Origin: an uncultured Candidatus Rokubacteria bacterium
GTDB taxonomy: Bacteria > Methylomirabilota > Methylomirabilia > Rokubacteriales > CSP1-6
Assembly: GCA_963771355.1 (NCBI GenBank)
Contig: CAVYTA010000006.1
Coordinates: forward strand, 992,001-1,056,000
Reading direction: 5' to 3'
Length of the DNA: 64,000 nucleotides
A program made the translations under genes and the position numbers. Positions 8,396-18,651 of this stretch are shown one piece after another. The notes under the pieces are model-generated. The model saw only the letters and a program-made list of their open reading frames with translations. It did no database searches and had not been told where the DNA came from. The first letter of the stretch is position 1. Every line of letters begins with the position of its first letter.

Positions 8396-9349
8396 TCACA
8401 CAGTCTCCTCGAACACCCCGATGCGGCGAAACTTCTCGTAACGGTCCTGCACGAGGGCGTCGCCGGACAGCGAGCGCAGCTGGCCCAGATGCTCGTGCAA
8501 CGCGGTCCGGAGATTGGCGGCGGCATCCTCCCAGCTCCGGTGCGCACCGCCCATCGGCTCCGGGATCACGGCATCGATGACCCCGGCCTTCTGCAGATCC
8601 GGAGCGGTGATGCGCATGAGCTGGGCCGCCTCGGGCGCCTTGGCGCCGTCGCCCCAGAGGATGGCCGCGCAGCCCTCCGGCGAGATCACCGAGTAGATGG
8701 CGTGCTCGAACATGAGGACGCGATTGGCCACCCCGATGGCGAGCGCGCCCCCGCTGCCACCCTCCCCCGTCACCACCGCGATGACGGGCGTGCGGAGGGC
8801 CGCCATCTCGCGGAGGTTCCGCGCAATCGCCTCCGCCTGTCCCCGCTCCTCCGCACCCAGGCCGGGATAGGCGCCCGGCGTATCGATGAAAGTGACGATG
8901 GGCTTGCTGAACTTGTCGGCCAGCTGCATGAGCCGGAGCGCCTTGCGATAGCCCTCCGGGTTCGGCATGCCGAAGTTGCGCGCGATGTTCTCACGGGTGT
9001 CGCGGCCCTTCTGATGCCCGAGCACCACTAGCGGCTCCCCCTCGAAGAAGGCGAGGCCGCCCACGATGGCGAGGTCGTCGCCGAAGACGCGGTCACCGTG
9101 AAGCTCGACGAAGTCGTCGAGGAGCAGCTTGTAAAAGTCCAGCGTGTGGGGCCGCTTCGGGTGGCGGGCGATCTGCGCCCGTTGCCACGCGCTCAGGCTC
9201 CCGTAGACACGTTGCTGGAGGCGGCGCAGCCGCTCCTCCAGCTTGGTGGCCTCGTCTCGGGTGGCCGCCTCGTTCTCGGACGCGCGCAGCTCCGCGATGC
9301 GCGTTTCCAGTTCAAGGATCGGCTTCTCGAACTCAAGCTCGTCTGGCAT
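8396..9349 (-). CDS. accA: Acetyl-CoA carboxylase carboxyltransferase alpha subunit
   Basis: [40 protein letters not shown]. Confidence 0.97.
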   Translation of the reverse strand: MPDELEFEKPILELETRIAELRASENEAATRDEATKLEERLRRLQQRVYGSLSAWQRAQIARHPKRPHTLDFYKLLLDDFVELHGDRVFGDDLAIVGGLAFFEGEPLVVLGHQKGRDTRENIARNFGMPNPEGYRKALRLMQLADKFSKPIVTFIDTPGAYPGLGAEERGQAEAIARNLREMAALRTPVIAVVTGEGGSGGALAIGVANRVLMFEHAIYSVISPEGCAAILWGDGAKAPEAAQLMRITAPDLQKAGVIDAVIPEPMGGAHRSWEDAAANLRTALHEHLGQLRSLSGDALVQDRYEKFRRIGVFEETV

Positions 9350-12300
9350 ACTCCACGATGATACTGCCCGGCCCGAGCAGCTGCTCCACTTTCGCCACCA
9401 GCTCCGGCACCGGCTCCACGCCCAGCGTCGGCGCCTTCAGCACCACTTCCTGCTCGGCGAGCAGCACGTGGAGGAACAGCGGCGTGGGGCCGCGATGCGC
9501 CTCGCAGATCGCCCGCACCGCGTCGAGCAGCGCCTCACCGGCGCCCGCAGTCCCGCCGTCACCCTTCACGCGGATCCGACAGGTGTGCGCGTGCCGGCCG
9601 TTCCCGCCCTCGCCTCCAGTGCCTCCCGTGCCGTTCGGCCGGTATCCGCCCTCGGTCCTCAGCGCGTCCTCCAGTGGCTTGATGTCCTCGACGAGGACCA
9701 CGCGGCCCTTGTCCGTCTCGTCGATGCGGCCCTTCACGATGACCGGTCCGGGCGCGTGCAGCGCGGGCGCGCAGGCCTTGAGGGCTTCGGGGAAAATGGT
9801 CAGCGATACCGATCCGTCCACCGCGTCGAGCGCGGCGAACGCCATGCGATTGCCGCTCTTGGTGGCGCGCTCGCGCACCTGGCTCAGCTGGCCGAGCAGC
9901 GCCACGCGCGCCCCCACCGGCCGGGAGGCCACGTCGGCGGCGGCGGCGGTGCCGAGCGCGCGCGCGTGGTCGCGATAGCGCTCGAGGGGGTGACCGGAGA
10001 TGTAGAAGCCGAGCACTTCCTTCTCGTAGGTGAGGAGCTGCTCCGCGGGCCATTCGGGGACGGCCGTCGGCGACGACACCGCGGACGCCTCTCCGGCCCC
10101 CGGGGAGCTCGACCCGCCCAGGGCGTCGAAGAGCGACGTCTGGCCCTCCTCCCGGTCACGCTGGCGGCGCTGGCCGGCCTCCATGGCCTGGTCGAGCGAG
10201 GCCAGGAGCCCCGCGCGGGTGCCGCCGAAGCCATCGAAGGCGCCCGCCTTGATGAGGCTCTCCAGCACGCGGCGGTTGAGGAGGCGCAGGTCCACTCGCG
10301 CGCAGAAGTCCGTGAGCGAGCCGAAGGCACCGGTCTCCTGCCGGAGGCGCACAATGGAGTCGATGGCCGACTCGCCCACGTTCTTGATGGCGGCCAGCCC
10401 GAAGCGCAGCACCTCGCCCTCCACCGTGAAGCGCGAGCCCGAGCGGTTGACGTCGGGCGGGGCGATCGCGAGCCCCATCGCCCGGCTCTCCTCCATGTAC
10501 TGGACGATCTTGTCCGTCCGGTCCATTTCCGACGTGAGCAGCGCGGCCATGAACTCCACCGGATAATTTGCCTTGAGGTACGCGGTCTGGTACGCGACCA
10601 CGCCGTAGCACGCGGCGTGGGAGTTGTGGACGGCGATCCCGTTGGCGAGGAAGCTCCGGCCTACCGGCACCTCGAAGTCGTAGGTCGGCTCCTCGCCTTC
10701 GCGCACGTAGCCCCGCGGCCGGGACCAGCCCGTCGGCGCATTGGCGAGCGCGTCGAGCGTGGGCGAATCAAGCCGCCGGGCGAGGTGGCTCAGCGTGTCC
10801 CGGCGAATGCCCCCTTTCCTTTCATCCTCAAACATGAGCCGGTAGGCGATACCGAGCGCCCGACAGCCGGCCTTGAGGCTCGGAAATGATTTCGCTATCG
10901 CTTCGCGTAGCGCGACCCGACACACCGCGAGCGGGACGACATCCACCGTGCCGCGCGCCAGCAGCGGCGCGAGGCCGGCATACCGGCCCAGGAGTGTTTC
11001 GAGTTGACCGCGTTTGGCGGGTAGCAGATGCGGGCCCACCAGCTCGGCGAAACGGACGAACGCGGAACGCCCTCCGATCAGATTGATCGTGTAGCCCGCG
11101 CGATGCTCCCCCCGGTAGCGGAAGGACTTCCGGTGGACGGTCGACGATATTCCGAGCTTGAGCAGCAGCCGCCGAACATCCTCGGCCAGCCCGATGGAAG
11201 AGGTCGCGTAGTAGATCGAGAGAGTCGGGGCGTGAATGCAGCCGTCGCCCTGGAAGAGCGCGGCCACCAGAATCGCCAGTGCTTCTCCATCCCAGCGGTC
11301 GACCAGAAGAGGGACGCGCTTCTCGAGGGCCCCCTTGTGTTGTAGACCGCACTCCCCGAACAAGAAGCTGACCGCCTCGCTCGGGACGTCGCGGTCGAGG
11401 CGGGCGGGCCGGACCGACCCTGCTCGCCCATCCTTCCGCCGTTCAAGGCGGGCGATGGTGTTCGGAAACGCCGACACCGATCGGGCCATACCCTCGAGCT
11501 CTTCGGAGCTGTTCGAATACAGATAGAAGTGACTGTCGTATCCGAGGCTCCCCTCTGACAGGGCATAGCCCAGCAGGGCGGCCTTGTGGGCCGGAACCGC
11601 CTCGGGGCCCGCGGGAAGGGAGCGGGCCACCGCCACGTGATCACCCGCGGCAAGCTCCTCGGCGTTCACCCAGCCACGCTGGGTGAAAATCGGGTGATCG
11701 GGGGTGCAACGCACGGACATCCCGTTGGCGAGGGTGAGCCGGCCCACCGGGCGCACGCCGCTCGGCCGCACGCCGAGCGCACGGAACGGGCCGTCTTTCG
11801 TGAGCACCCGATCGCCGGCGCGCACCTCGGTGATCGGCTTCCGGGCGCCGTCCGCCAACTCGATCCAGGTGTCCGCGGTGAGACATTTGTTGAAGCCGTA
11901 GCCCGCGAACTTCTCGATGAGATCCCAGATGCGCTCGGCCTTCCGGCCCTCCACGTTGTTCGCCTTGCAGCCCTTGATGAACTGCTCACGCTGCTGCGCC
12001 ATGAGCTCGCGGTCTTTCTTCCCCATGGCCTTGCGCAGGGTGTCGGCCTGGCCGAGCGTGAAGCCGGCGAGGTCGGCGGCGAGCCGCATCACCTGCTCCT
12101 GGTACACCATGATCCCGTACGTCTCCTGCAGGTGCCGCTCCATGGCGGGATGCTCGTAGGCGATCTCCGAGCGCCCATGCCGACGATTGACGAACTCCGG
12201 GATGAGGTCCATCGGGCCGGGGCGATACAGCGCCACCATGGCGATGATGTCCTCGATGCGCTCGGGGCGCAGCCGCTGGAGTGCGTCCCGCATGCCCTGC

Positions 12301-14165
12301 GACTCCAGCTGGAAGACGCCCAGGGTGCGCGCGTCGCTCAGGAGCTGATAGGTCCTCGCGTCGTCGAGCGGCAGCCGGTCCGCGTCCAGCGTGACGCCCC
12401 GCGAGGCCTGCACCAGGGCGACCGCATCCACGATGACGGTGAGGGTCCGCAGCCCGAGGAAGTCCATCTTGAGCAGGCCGAGCTTCTCGATGGGCCCCAT
12501 CGCGAAGCCGGTGATCAGCTCGGGGCGCTTGGGGTCCTTGTAGAGCGGCACCCGCTCCATGAGCGGCTCATCCGAGATGACCACCGCGGAGGCGTGCACG
12601 GAGGCGTGCCGGGTGCAGCCTTCCAGCGCCTTGGCCACACTCCAGAGCTCGGCCACCTTGGGGTCGCGCTTGACCGACTGCGCGAGCTCGGGGGCCTTCT
12701 CCAGCGACTCGTCCAGGCTGATATTGAGCGGGAAGCTCGGCACCAGCTTGGCGATGCGGTCGGCCTCGCCGTAAGAAAAACCGAGTACCCGGCCCACGTC
12801 GCGGATCACCGCCTTGGCCCCCATGGTGCCGAAGGTGATGATGTGGGCCACCCGGTCCTCGCCGTAACGGTCGACCACGTAGCGGATGACCTCGTCGCGG
12901 CGGTCATCGGCGAAGTCGATGTCCATGTCCGGCATGGAGATCCGCTCGGGGTTCAAGAATCGCTCGAAGAGGAGCCCGTAGCGAATGGGATCCACGTTGG
13001 TGATGCCGAGGCAGTAGGCGACCAGCGAGCCCGCCGAGGAGCCGCGCCCGGGCCCCACCGCGATGCCCTGGCGGCGGGCGAAGGCGATGAAGTCCCACAC
13101 CACGAGGAAGTAGCCGGAGAACCCCATGGTGGAGATGACGCCCAGCTCGTAGTGGAGCCGCGCCTGCACCGCGTCGGCGGGAGACGTGCCGAAGCGGACA
13201 CGAAGGCCCTCCAGCGCCAGGTGCTCGAGGTAGGAGTCCAGCGTGAAGCCGGGGGGCACCTGGTAATTCGGCAGGTGGAACTTGCCGAAGGACATGTCCA
13301 GGTTGCAGCGCTCCGCCACCGCCAGCGTATTCCGGCAGGCGTCCGGCAGCTCACGGAACACCTCCCGCATCTCGTCCGCCGACTTGAGGTAGAACTCGTC
13401 GGTGGAAAATTTCCAGCGATTGGGGTCGCTCATCGTGGTGCCGGTCTGGATGCAGAGGAGCGCCTCGTGCGCACGGGCATGCCCGGCCTCGAGGTAGTGG
13501 GAGTCGTTGGTGCCGCAGATGGGGGCGCCCAGGGCCTCGGCCAGGCGCAGCGTGCCCGCCGTCACCCGGCTCTGTTCCTCGATCCCGTGAGACTGGAGCT
13601 CCATGAAGTAGTGGTCGCGTCCGAACACGTCCTGGTACCAGCCCGCCACCTGCTTGGCCTTGGCGTCTTCCCCCGCGGAGAGAAGCTTGCTCACCTCCGA
13701 ATTCAGGCAGCCCGAGAGCACGAGCAGGCCGTCGGCGTGCTGGGCGAGGAGCTCGCGGTCCACGCGGGGCTTGTAGTAGAAGCCCTCGAGGTAGGCCTTG
13801 GACACGAGCTTGATCAGGTTGCGGTACCCGGTCTCATTGCGCACCAGCACCGTGGCATGGCTGGCGCCCTCGTAGCCGCCGTCCTGGCTGGAGCGCTCGA
13901 ACCGGCTGCCCGGCGCCACGTACAGCTCGCAGCCCACGATGGGCTTGATGCCCGCCTTCTTGGCGGCGCTGTAGAAGTCCACCGCGCCGAAGAGATTGCC
14001 GTGGTCGGTGAGCGCGATGGCGGGAAACGCGAGATCCTTGGCCTTCTGCACCAGCCCGTCGAGCTGAGCGGCGCCGTCGAGCAGGCTGTACTCGGAGTGG
14101 ACGTGGAGGTGGACGAAGTCCCCCCGTTGAGCGGACTTACCCGCCTCGCTCCGCTCGGCACCCAT
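9333..14165 (-). CDS. dnaE: DNA polymerase III alpha subunit, intein-containing
   Basis: PHP motif [53 protein letters not shown] interrupted by a 421-aa insert. Confidence 0.98.
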   Translation of the reverse strand: MGAERSEAGKSAQRGDFVHLHVHSEYSLLDGAAQLDGLVQKAKDLAFPAIALTDHGNLFGAVDFYSAAKKAGIKPIVGCELYVAPGSRFERSSQDGGYEGASHATVLVRNETGYRNLIKLVSKAYLEGFYYKPRVDRELLAQHADGLLVLSGCLNSEVSKLLSAGEDAKAKQVAGWYQDVFGRDHYFMELQSHGIEEQSRVTAGTLRLAEALGAPICGTNDSHYLEAGHARAHEALLCIQTGTTMSDPNRWKFSTDEFYLKSADEMREVFRELPDACRNTLAVAERCNLDMSFGKFHLPNYQVPPGFTLDSYLEHLALEGLRVRFGTSPADAVQARLHYELGVISTMGFSGYFLVVWDFIAFARRQGIAVGPGRGSSAGSLVAYCLGITNVDPIRYGLLFERFLNPERISMPDMDIDFADDRRDEVIRYVVDRYGEDRVAHIITFGTMGAKAVIRDVGRVLGFSYGEADRIAKLVPSFPLNISLDESLEKAPELAQSVKRDPKVAELWSVAKALEGCTRHASVHASAVVISDEPLMERVPLYKDPKRPELITGFAMGPIEKLGLLKMDFLGLRTLTVIVDAVALVQASRGVTLDADRLPLDDARTYQLLSDARTLGVFQLESQGMRDALQRLRPERIEDIIAMVALYRPGPMDLIPEFVNRRHGRSEIAYEHPAMERHLQETYGIMVYQEQVMRLAADLAGFTLGQADTLRKAMGKKDRELMAQQREQFIKGCKANNVEGRKAERIWDLIEKFAGYGFNKCLTADTWIELADGARKPITEVRAGDRVLTKDGPFRALGVRPSGVRPVGRLTLANGMSVRCTPDHPIFTQRGWVNAEELAAGDHVAVARSLPAGPEAVPAHKAALLGYALSEGSLGYDSHFYLYSNSSEELEGMARSVSAFPNTIARLERRKDGRAGSVRPARLDRDVPSEAVSFLFGECGLQHKGALEKRVPLLVDRWDGEALAILVAALFQGDGCIHAPTLSIYYATSSIGLAEDVRRLLLKLGISSTVHRKSFRYRGEHRAGYTINLIGGRSAFVRFAELVGPHLLPAKRGQLETLLGRYAGLAPLLARGTVDVVPLAVCRVALREAIAKSFPSLKAGCRALGIAYRLMFEDERKGGIRRDTLSHLARRLDSPTLDALANAPTGWSRPRGYVREGEEPTYDFEVPVGRSFLANGIAVHNSHAACYGVVAYQTAYLKANYPVEFMAALLTSEMDRTDKIVQYMEESRAMGLAIAPPDVNRSGSRFTVEGEVLRFGLAAIKNVGESAIDSIVRLRQETGAFGSLTDFCARVDLRLLNRRVLESLIKAGAFDGFGGTRAGLLASLDQAMEAGQRRQRDREEGQTSLFDALGGSSSPGAGEASAVSSPTAVPEWPAEQLLTYEKEVLGFYISGHPLERYRDHARALGTAAAADVASRPVGARVALLGQLSQVRERATKSGNRMAFAALDAVDGSVSLTIFPEALKACAPALHAPGPVIVKGRIDETDKGRVVLVEDIKPLEDALRTEGGYRPNGTGGTGGEGGNGRHAHTCRIRVKGDGGTAGAGEALLDAVRAICEAHRGPTPLFLHVLLAEQEVVLKAPTLGVEPVPELVAKVEQLLGPGSIIVEYARRA
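10623..11885 (-). mobile_element. Intein with LAGLIDADG homing endonuclease in dnaE (421 aa)
   Basis: Begins CLTADT, block [10 protein letters not shown], endonuclease motifs [10 protein letters not shown] and [11 protein letters not shown], ends YDFEV...IAVHN followed by Ser +1. Confidence 0.95.
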
Positions 14166-14249
14166 TACTTGTCCGCTCGCCTCGCCTGCGGCTGCGGCTC
14201 GCCAATCGACGGGTCCGCTCGCCTCGCCTGCGGCTGCGGCTCGCCAATC
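14144..14249. repeat. REP-like repeat cluster: two exact 37-bp direct repeats plus a 15-bp companion motif
   Basis: GTCCGCTCGCCTCGCCTGCGGCTGCGGCTCGCCAATC at 14171-14207 and 14213-14249; CCTCGCTCCGCTCGG at 14144-14158. Confidence 0.85.
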
Positions 14250-15790
14250 ATTCCCACTCGATCGTGCTCGGAGGCTTGGAGGAGATGTCGAAGACGACGC
14301 GGTTGACGCCCTGGACCTCGTTGATGATGCGGCTGCTGATTCGGCCGAGGAGATCGTACGGCAGGCGCGCCCAGTCCGCCGTCATCGCGTCCTGGCTGGT
14401 GACGGCGCGCAGCGCGATCACCTGGGCATAGGTCCGGAAGTCGCCCATCACGCCCACGGTGCGGACGGGCAGCAGCACCGCGAAGGCCTGCCACAGCGCG
14501 CGCTCCAGCCCCGCCGCGCGGACCTCGTCCTGAACGACGGCGTCCGCGCGCCGCAGGATGCCGAGCCGGTCCTCGGTCACCTCGCCCAGCACGCGGATGG
14601 CCAGGCCGGGCCCCGGGAAGGGCTGGCGCCAGACGATCTCATCGGGCAGGCCGATGAGCGTGCCCACCTCGCGGACCTCGTCCTTGAAGAGCTCACGCAG
14701 CGGCTCGAGCAGCTTGAAGCGCATGTCCTTCGGCAGCCCACCGACATTGTGATGGGTCTTGATGGTCGCGGAGGGTCCCTTGAAGGACACCGACTCGATC
14801 ACGTCCGGATACACGGTGCCCTGCGCGAGCCATGGGACATCGCCGAGCTTGCGCGACTCCTCGTCGAAGACCGCGATGAACTCGGCCCCGATGGCCTTGC
14901 GCTTGATCTCCGGGATCTGTGACCCCGGCCAAACGTTCGAGGAATCGCTTGGTTGCATCAACGTGGATCAGATTGATCTTGAACGTGTCCCGGAAGGTCT
15001 TGACCACCCCCTCCGCCTCGCCCCCCCGCAAGAGACCGTTGTCCACGAAGAGGCAGGTGAGCTGGTCGCCGATGGCCTTGTGGACGAGGGCGGCGACCAC
15101 TGACGAGTCCACCCCGCCCGACAGCCCGCACAGCACCCGGTCTGATCCCACCGCAGCCCGGATCTGGGCCACCGCCGTGTCCACGAAGGAGGCCATGGAC
15201 CAATCGCGGGTGACCCCGCAGACGGCGAGGAAGTTCGCCAGCACCGTACTGCCCTGCTGGGTATGGGCGACCTCAGGATGAAACTGGACGGCGTAGAGGC
15301 GCCGGTCCGGGTCGGCCATGGCCGCCACCGGGCAATTGGCCGTCGAGGCGAGACTGGTGAAGCCTTTCGGCGGCCGCAGGACGGTGTCCCCGTGGCTCAT
15401 CCACACCGTGATCCGGTTGTCGCGCTCGGGCTTCACACCCTCGAAGAGCCCGCCGGTGGTCTCGAGCCGGAGCTCCGCGGGTCCGTACTCGCGCCGCTCG
15501 GCCGGCACCACGTGCCCGCCGAGGAGATAGCCCATGGCCTGCATGCCGTAGCAGATGCCCAGGATGGGGATCCCCGACTCGAGGAGCTTCTTGTCGGGCA
15601 ACGGGGCGCCCTCGTCGTACACGCTGGAGGGTCCGCCGGAGAGCACGATACCGCGGTACCCCGCGGCGAGGACCTCATCGACGGGGTGGGTGCACGGGAG
15701 GATCTCGGAGTAGACCGACATTTCCCGGATCCGGCGCGCGATGAGCTGCGTGTACTGCGCGCCGAAATCCAGGATCGCGATCTTGTCCAG
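14248..15790 (-). CDS. guaA: GMP synthase (glutamine-hydrolysing), interrupted by a +1 frameshift near 14911-14914
   Basis: [37 protein letters not shown] in one frame; EIKRKAIG...[30 protein letters not shown] in the next frame; probable CTG start at 15790. Confidence 0.92.
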
Positions 15791-15804
15791 CGCCGTCTCC
15801 CGAC

Positions 15805-16965
15805 CTAGCGCGGAGTGCCCAGCTTCTGGGCCCGCTGGAAGACCTTGCCCTCGGTTTTGATGGACGGCGCGATGATCAGCTCCGTCTGCTGCAGCTCCTT
15901 GATGTTCATGGCGCCCACCGAGCCCATGCACGTCCGGATGGCGCCCACGAGGTTCAGCGTGCCGTCCTCGGTGAAGGCCGGTCCGAAGAGAATCTGCTCC
16001 AGCGGGCCCGCCACCCCGACCCGGATGCGCGTCCCGCGCGGCAGGTTCGAGTGCGGCGTGGCCATGCCCCAGTGATAGCCCCGGCCCGGTGCCTCGGTGG
16101 CGCGCGCGAAAGCCGAGCCGATCATCACCGCGTCGGCGCCGGAGGCCAGTGCCTTGCAGATGTCGCCGCCGGTGGTCATGCCGCCGTCCGTGATGATGGG
16201 CACGTAGCGACCGGTGCGCTTGTAGTAGAAGTCGCGGGCCGCCGCCGAGTCCGCGGTGGCGGTGACCTGCGGGACCCCAAGGCCCAGCACCTCGCGGCTG
16301 GTGCAGGCCGCGCCCGGCCCCACGCCGATGAGGAGCGCGTCGGCACCGCAGTCCATCAGCTCCAGACAGGCCTCGTAGGTGACGACGTTGCCGATGATGA
16401 GCGGGATGGCGAGGTGCTTCTTGAGCTTCCGGAGGTCCACCGGCGTGTACTCGGTGGCGATGTGGCGGGCGGTGGTGACGGTGGACTGGACGACGAAGAA
16501 GTCCGCGCCCGCTTCTTCCGCGATCTTGGCGAAGCGCTCCGCGCGCGAGGGGATGGCCGAGACCACCACCGGCCCGCCGCCCTTCTTGATCTCCGAGATC
16601 CGTTTGTGGATCAGCTCTTCCTTGATCGGCTCGCCATAGATGCCCTGGATGATCTTGGTGGCCTCGTCCAGGCTGGCGGAGGTGATGCGGTCGATCACCT
16701 CATCCGGATTCTCGTAGCGGGAGAAGATCCCCTCGAGGTTGAGAACCGCGAGGCCGCCGAGCCGGCCCATCTCGATGGCGAGCCGGGGACTGACCACGCC
16801 GTCCATGGCGGCGGCGATGACCGGGATCTGGAAGCGATGCCCGACGAGATCCCACGAGATGTCCACTTCGGAGGGGTTGATGGTGAGGGATCCGGGGACC
16901 AGCGCGATGTCATCGAACCCGTACGCCGCCCGGGCCTTCCGGCCCCGTCCGACCCACATCCCCAT
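15805..16965 (-). CDS. guaB: IMP dehydrogenase-family protein, GuaB3 type (no CBS domains)
   Basis: AYGFDDIALVP, AAMDGVVSP, GVGPGAACTSREVLGLGVPQ catalytic loop, ITDGG; adjacent to guaA. Confidence 0.88.
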   Translation of the reverse strand: MGMWVGRGRKARAAYGFDDIALVPGSLTINPSEVDISWDLVGHRFQIPVIAAAMDGVVSPRLAIEMGRLGGLAVLNLEGIFSRYENPDEVIDRITSASLDEATKIIQGIYGEPIKEELIHKRISEIKKGGGPVVVSAIPSRAERFAKIAEEAGADFFVVQSTVTTARHIATEYTPVDLRKLKKHLAIPLIIGNVVTYEACLELMDCGADALLIGVGPGAACTSREVLGLGVPQVTATADSAAARDFYYKRTGRYVPIITDGGMTTGGDICKALASGADAVMIGSAFARATEAPGRGYHWGMATPHSNLPRGTRIRVGVAGPLEQILFGPAFTEDGTLNLVGAIRTCMGSVGAMNIKELQQTELIIAPSIKTEGKVFQRAQKLGTPR

Positions 16966-17060
16966 GCTGTCGTCCCCCCTGGGCCGGCCGGCCGTGCGGA
17001 CCACCCGGACACCCGATATTTAGAGAGCTTCCGCCCGAGGCATACCGTATTTAGGGGTGG

Positions 17061-17089
17061 AGTATACGGGGGGCCCCACCGCCTGTCAA
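17061..17089 (-). promoter_or_regulatory. Near-consensus sigma70 promoter of guaB-guaA
   Basis: Minus strand TTGACA-17 bp-TATACT. Confidence 0.8.
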
Positions 17090-17886
17090 TCCGATATCCG
17101 GCCGGGATCCGCTCCACCGCCCTTTTGCGAGTGCTCCCAGATCATGCGCAGCCCCTCCAGGCGCAGGTCCGGGTTCACCACCTGGATGGAGCGGGCCACC
17201 TCGCGCATCTGTGCGGCGAGCCCGCCGGTGCCGATGACCTTCACGTCGTCCCCGAGCTCGCGGCGCATGCGATCGATGAGCCCGTCGACGAGACCCGCGT
17301 AGCCGAGCACCACGCCAGACTGGATATTGGTGGCAGTGTTGCGCCCCACCGCGGTGGCGGGCGCCACCAGCTCCACGCGGGACAGGCGCGCCGCCCGCGC
17401 GACGAGGGCATCCGCCGCGGTGACCAGCCCCGGCGCGATGGCGCCGCCCGCGAAGGCCCCGCGCGCGTTCACGCAATCGAAGTTGGTGGCGGTGCCGAAG
17501 TCCACCACGATGAGGGGCGGCCCGTAGAGCGCGACGGCGGCGACCGCATTGCAGAGGCGGTCCGCCCCCACCTCGCGGGGATTGTCGACGTCGAAGGTGA
17601 TGGGGACGTTCACACCCGGCAACACCGAGAACGGCGTCACGCCGAAGTAGGTGTCGCACATCCACTCGAGCGTTCGCTGCACGGGGGGAACCACGTTGGA
17701 GATGGCCACTTCACTGATGGCCTTGGGCTCGATGCCGCGCGAGCGCAGCAGCGTGTGGATGAAGAGCCCGTACTCGTCGGCGGTTTGCTCGCGCCGGCTG
17801 GTGAGGCGCCACGAGGCGGCCAGCCGCGCGCCGTCGTGGACGCCGACCGAGGTATTGGTATTGCCGACCTCAAGCAGCAGGAGCAC
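17086..17886 (-). CDS. coaX: Type III pantothenate kinase
   Basis: LLEVGNTNT, EVGADR, VVDFGTATNFD, IGTGG; GTG start at 17886. Confidence 0.93.
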   Translation of the reverse strand: MLLLLEVGNTNTSVGVHDGARLAASWRLTSRREQTADEYGLFIHTLLRSRGIEPKAISEVAISNVVPPVQRTLEWMCDTYFGVTPFSVLPGVNVPITFDVDNPREVGADRLCNAVAAVALYGPPLIVVDFGTATNFDCVNARGAFAGGAIAPGLVTAADALVARAARLSRVELVAPATAVGRNTATNIQSGVVLGYAGLVDGLIDRMRRELGDDVKVIGTGGLAAQMREVARSIQVVNPDLRLEGLRMIWEHSQKGGGADPGRISD

Positions 17887-18631
17887 CGGTGATCTCCCCG
17901 GCGGTGACGCGCAACCGGCTGCCGTCCTCCGCGCGCACGATGAGGGCGCCGGACTCGTCCACATCCTCCGCCACGCCCTCTCGCCCGTCCGGCGTTCGCA
18001 CGCGTGCTCCCAACGTCACGCTCCGGCGCCGCCACGCCGCGCGCAGGCCCACCCCGCCCCGCGCGCGGAGCTCGCGATAACCGGCGTCGAGCGCGCCGAG
18101 CAGCCGGTCCCTCACTCGCCCCGCGTCGTGGTGGCGCCCGGTGAGCATGCGTAGCGACACCGCGCGGTCCGCCAGCTCGGGGGGAAAGCTCGCCTGGTCT
18201 ACGTTGATGCCGATGCCCAGCACGACGCGGTCGAGCCGGCCCTCGGCAGTGGTGGCCGCTTCCGCGAGCACGCCGGCGAGCTTGCGCCCGTCCACCAGGA
18301 CGTCGTTGGGCCAGCGGATGCCCGGCGCCACGCCCTCCGCCTCCACGGCCACCGCCACCGCGAGGGCGCCCAGAAACGTCAGCGGGGGCGCCTCCGCCAC
18401 CGGAAGCGAAGGCCGCAGCAGGATCGAGACCAGGAGGCTGTCTCCCGCGCCGTCCCACCACACCCGCCCTCGCCGGCCGCGACCCGCGCGCTGGTGCCGC
18501 GCGGTCACGACCGTGCCCTCGGGCGCGCCGGCGGCGGCGAGCCGCGCGATCTCCGCCTGGGTGGAATCCACGTCGTCGAGCGCGTGGATGGTGTGGCCGA
18601 TGAGGCGCTCGTCCGACGTCCGGCCGTTCAC
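17870..18631 (-). CDS. birA: Biotin-[acetyl-CoA carboxylase] ligase
   Basis: VDSTQ, QRAGRGRRGRVW, IRWPNDV, KLAGVL, GIGINV; no N-terminal HTH. Confidence 0.92.
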   Translation of the reverse strand: MNGRTSDERLIGHTIHALDDVDSTQAEIARLAAAGAPEGTVVTARHQRAGRGRRGRVWWDGAGDSLLVSILLRPSLPVAEAPPLTFLGALAVAVAVEAEGVAPGIRWPNDVLVDGRKLAGVLAEAATTAEGRLDRVVLGIGINVDQASFPPELADRAVSLRMLTGRHHDAGRVRDRLLGALDAGYRELRARGGVGLRAAWRRRSVTLGARVRTPDGREGVAEDVDESGALIVRAEDGSRLRVTAGEITGAPAA

Positions 18632-18651
18632 CCTTTCCACACCGCGCGCGC

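Noticed and set aside
14171..14249. 37-bp direct repeats as a CRISPR array
   Set aside because: Only two copies with a 5-bp spacer, no cas genes, and the motif recurs elsewhere in the window.
14165..14494. ORF encoding [12 protein letters not shown] twice
   Set aside because: Off-frame read-through of the guaA end into the repeat pair; no independent coding evidence.
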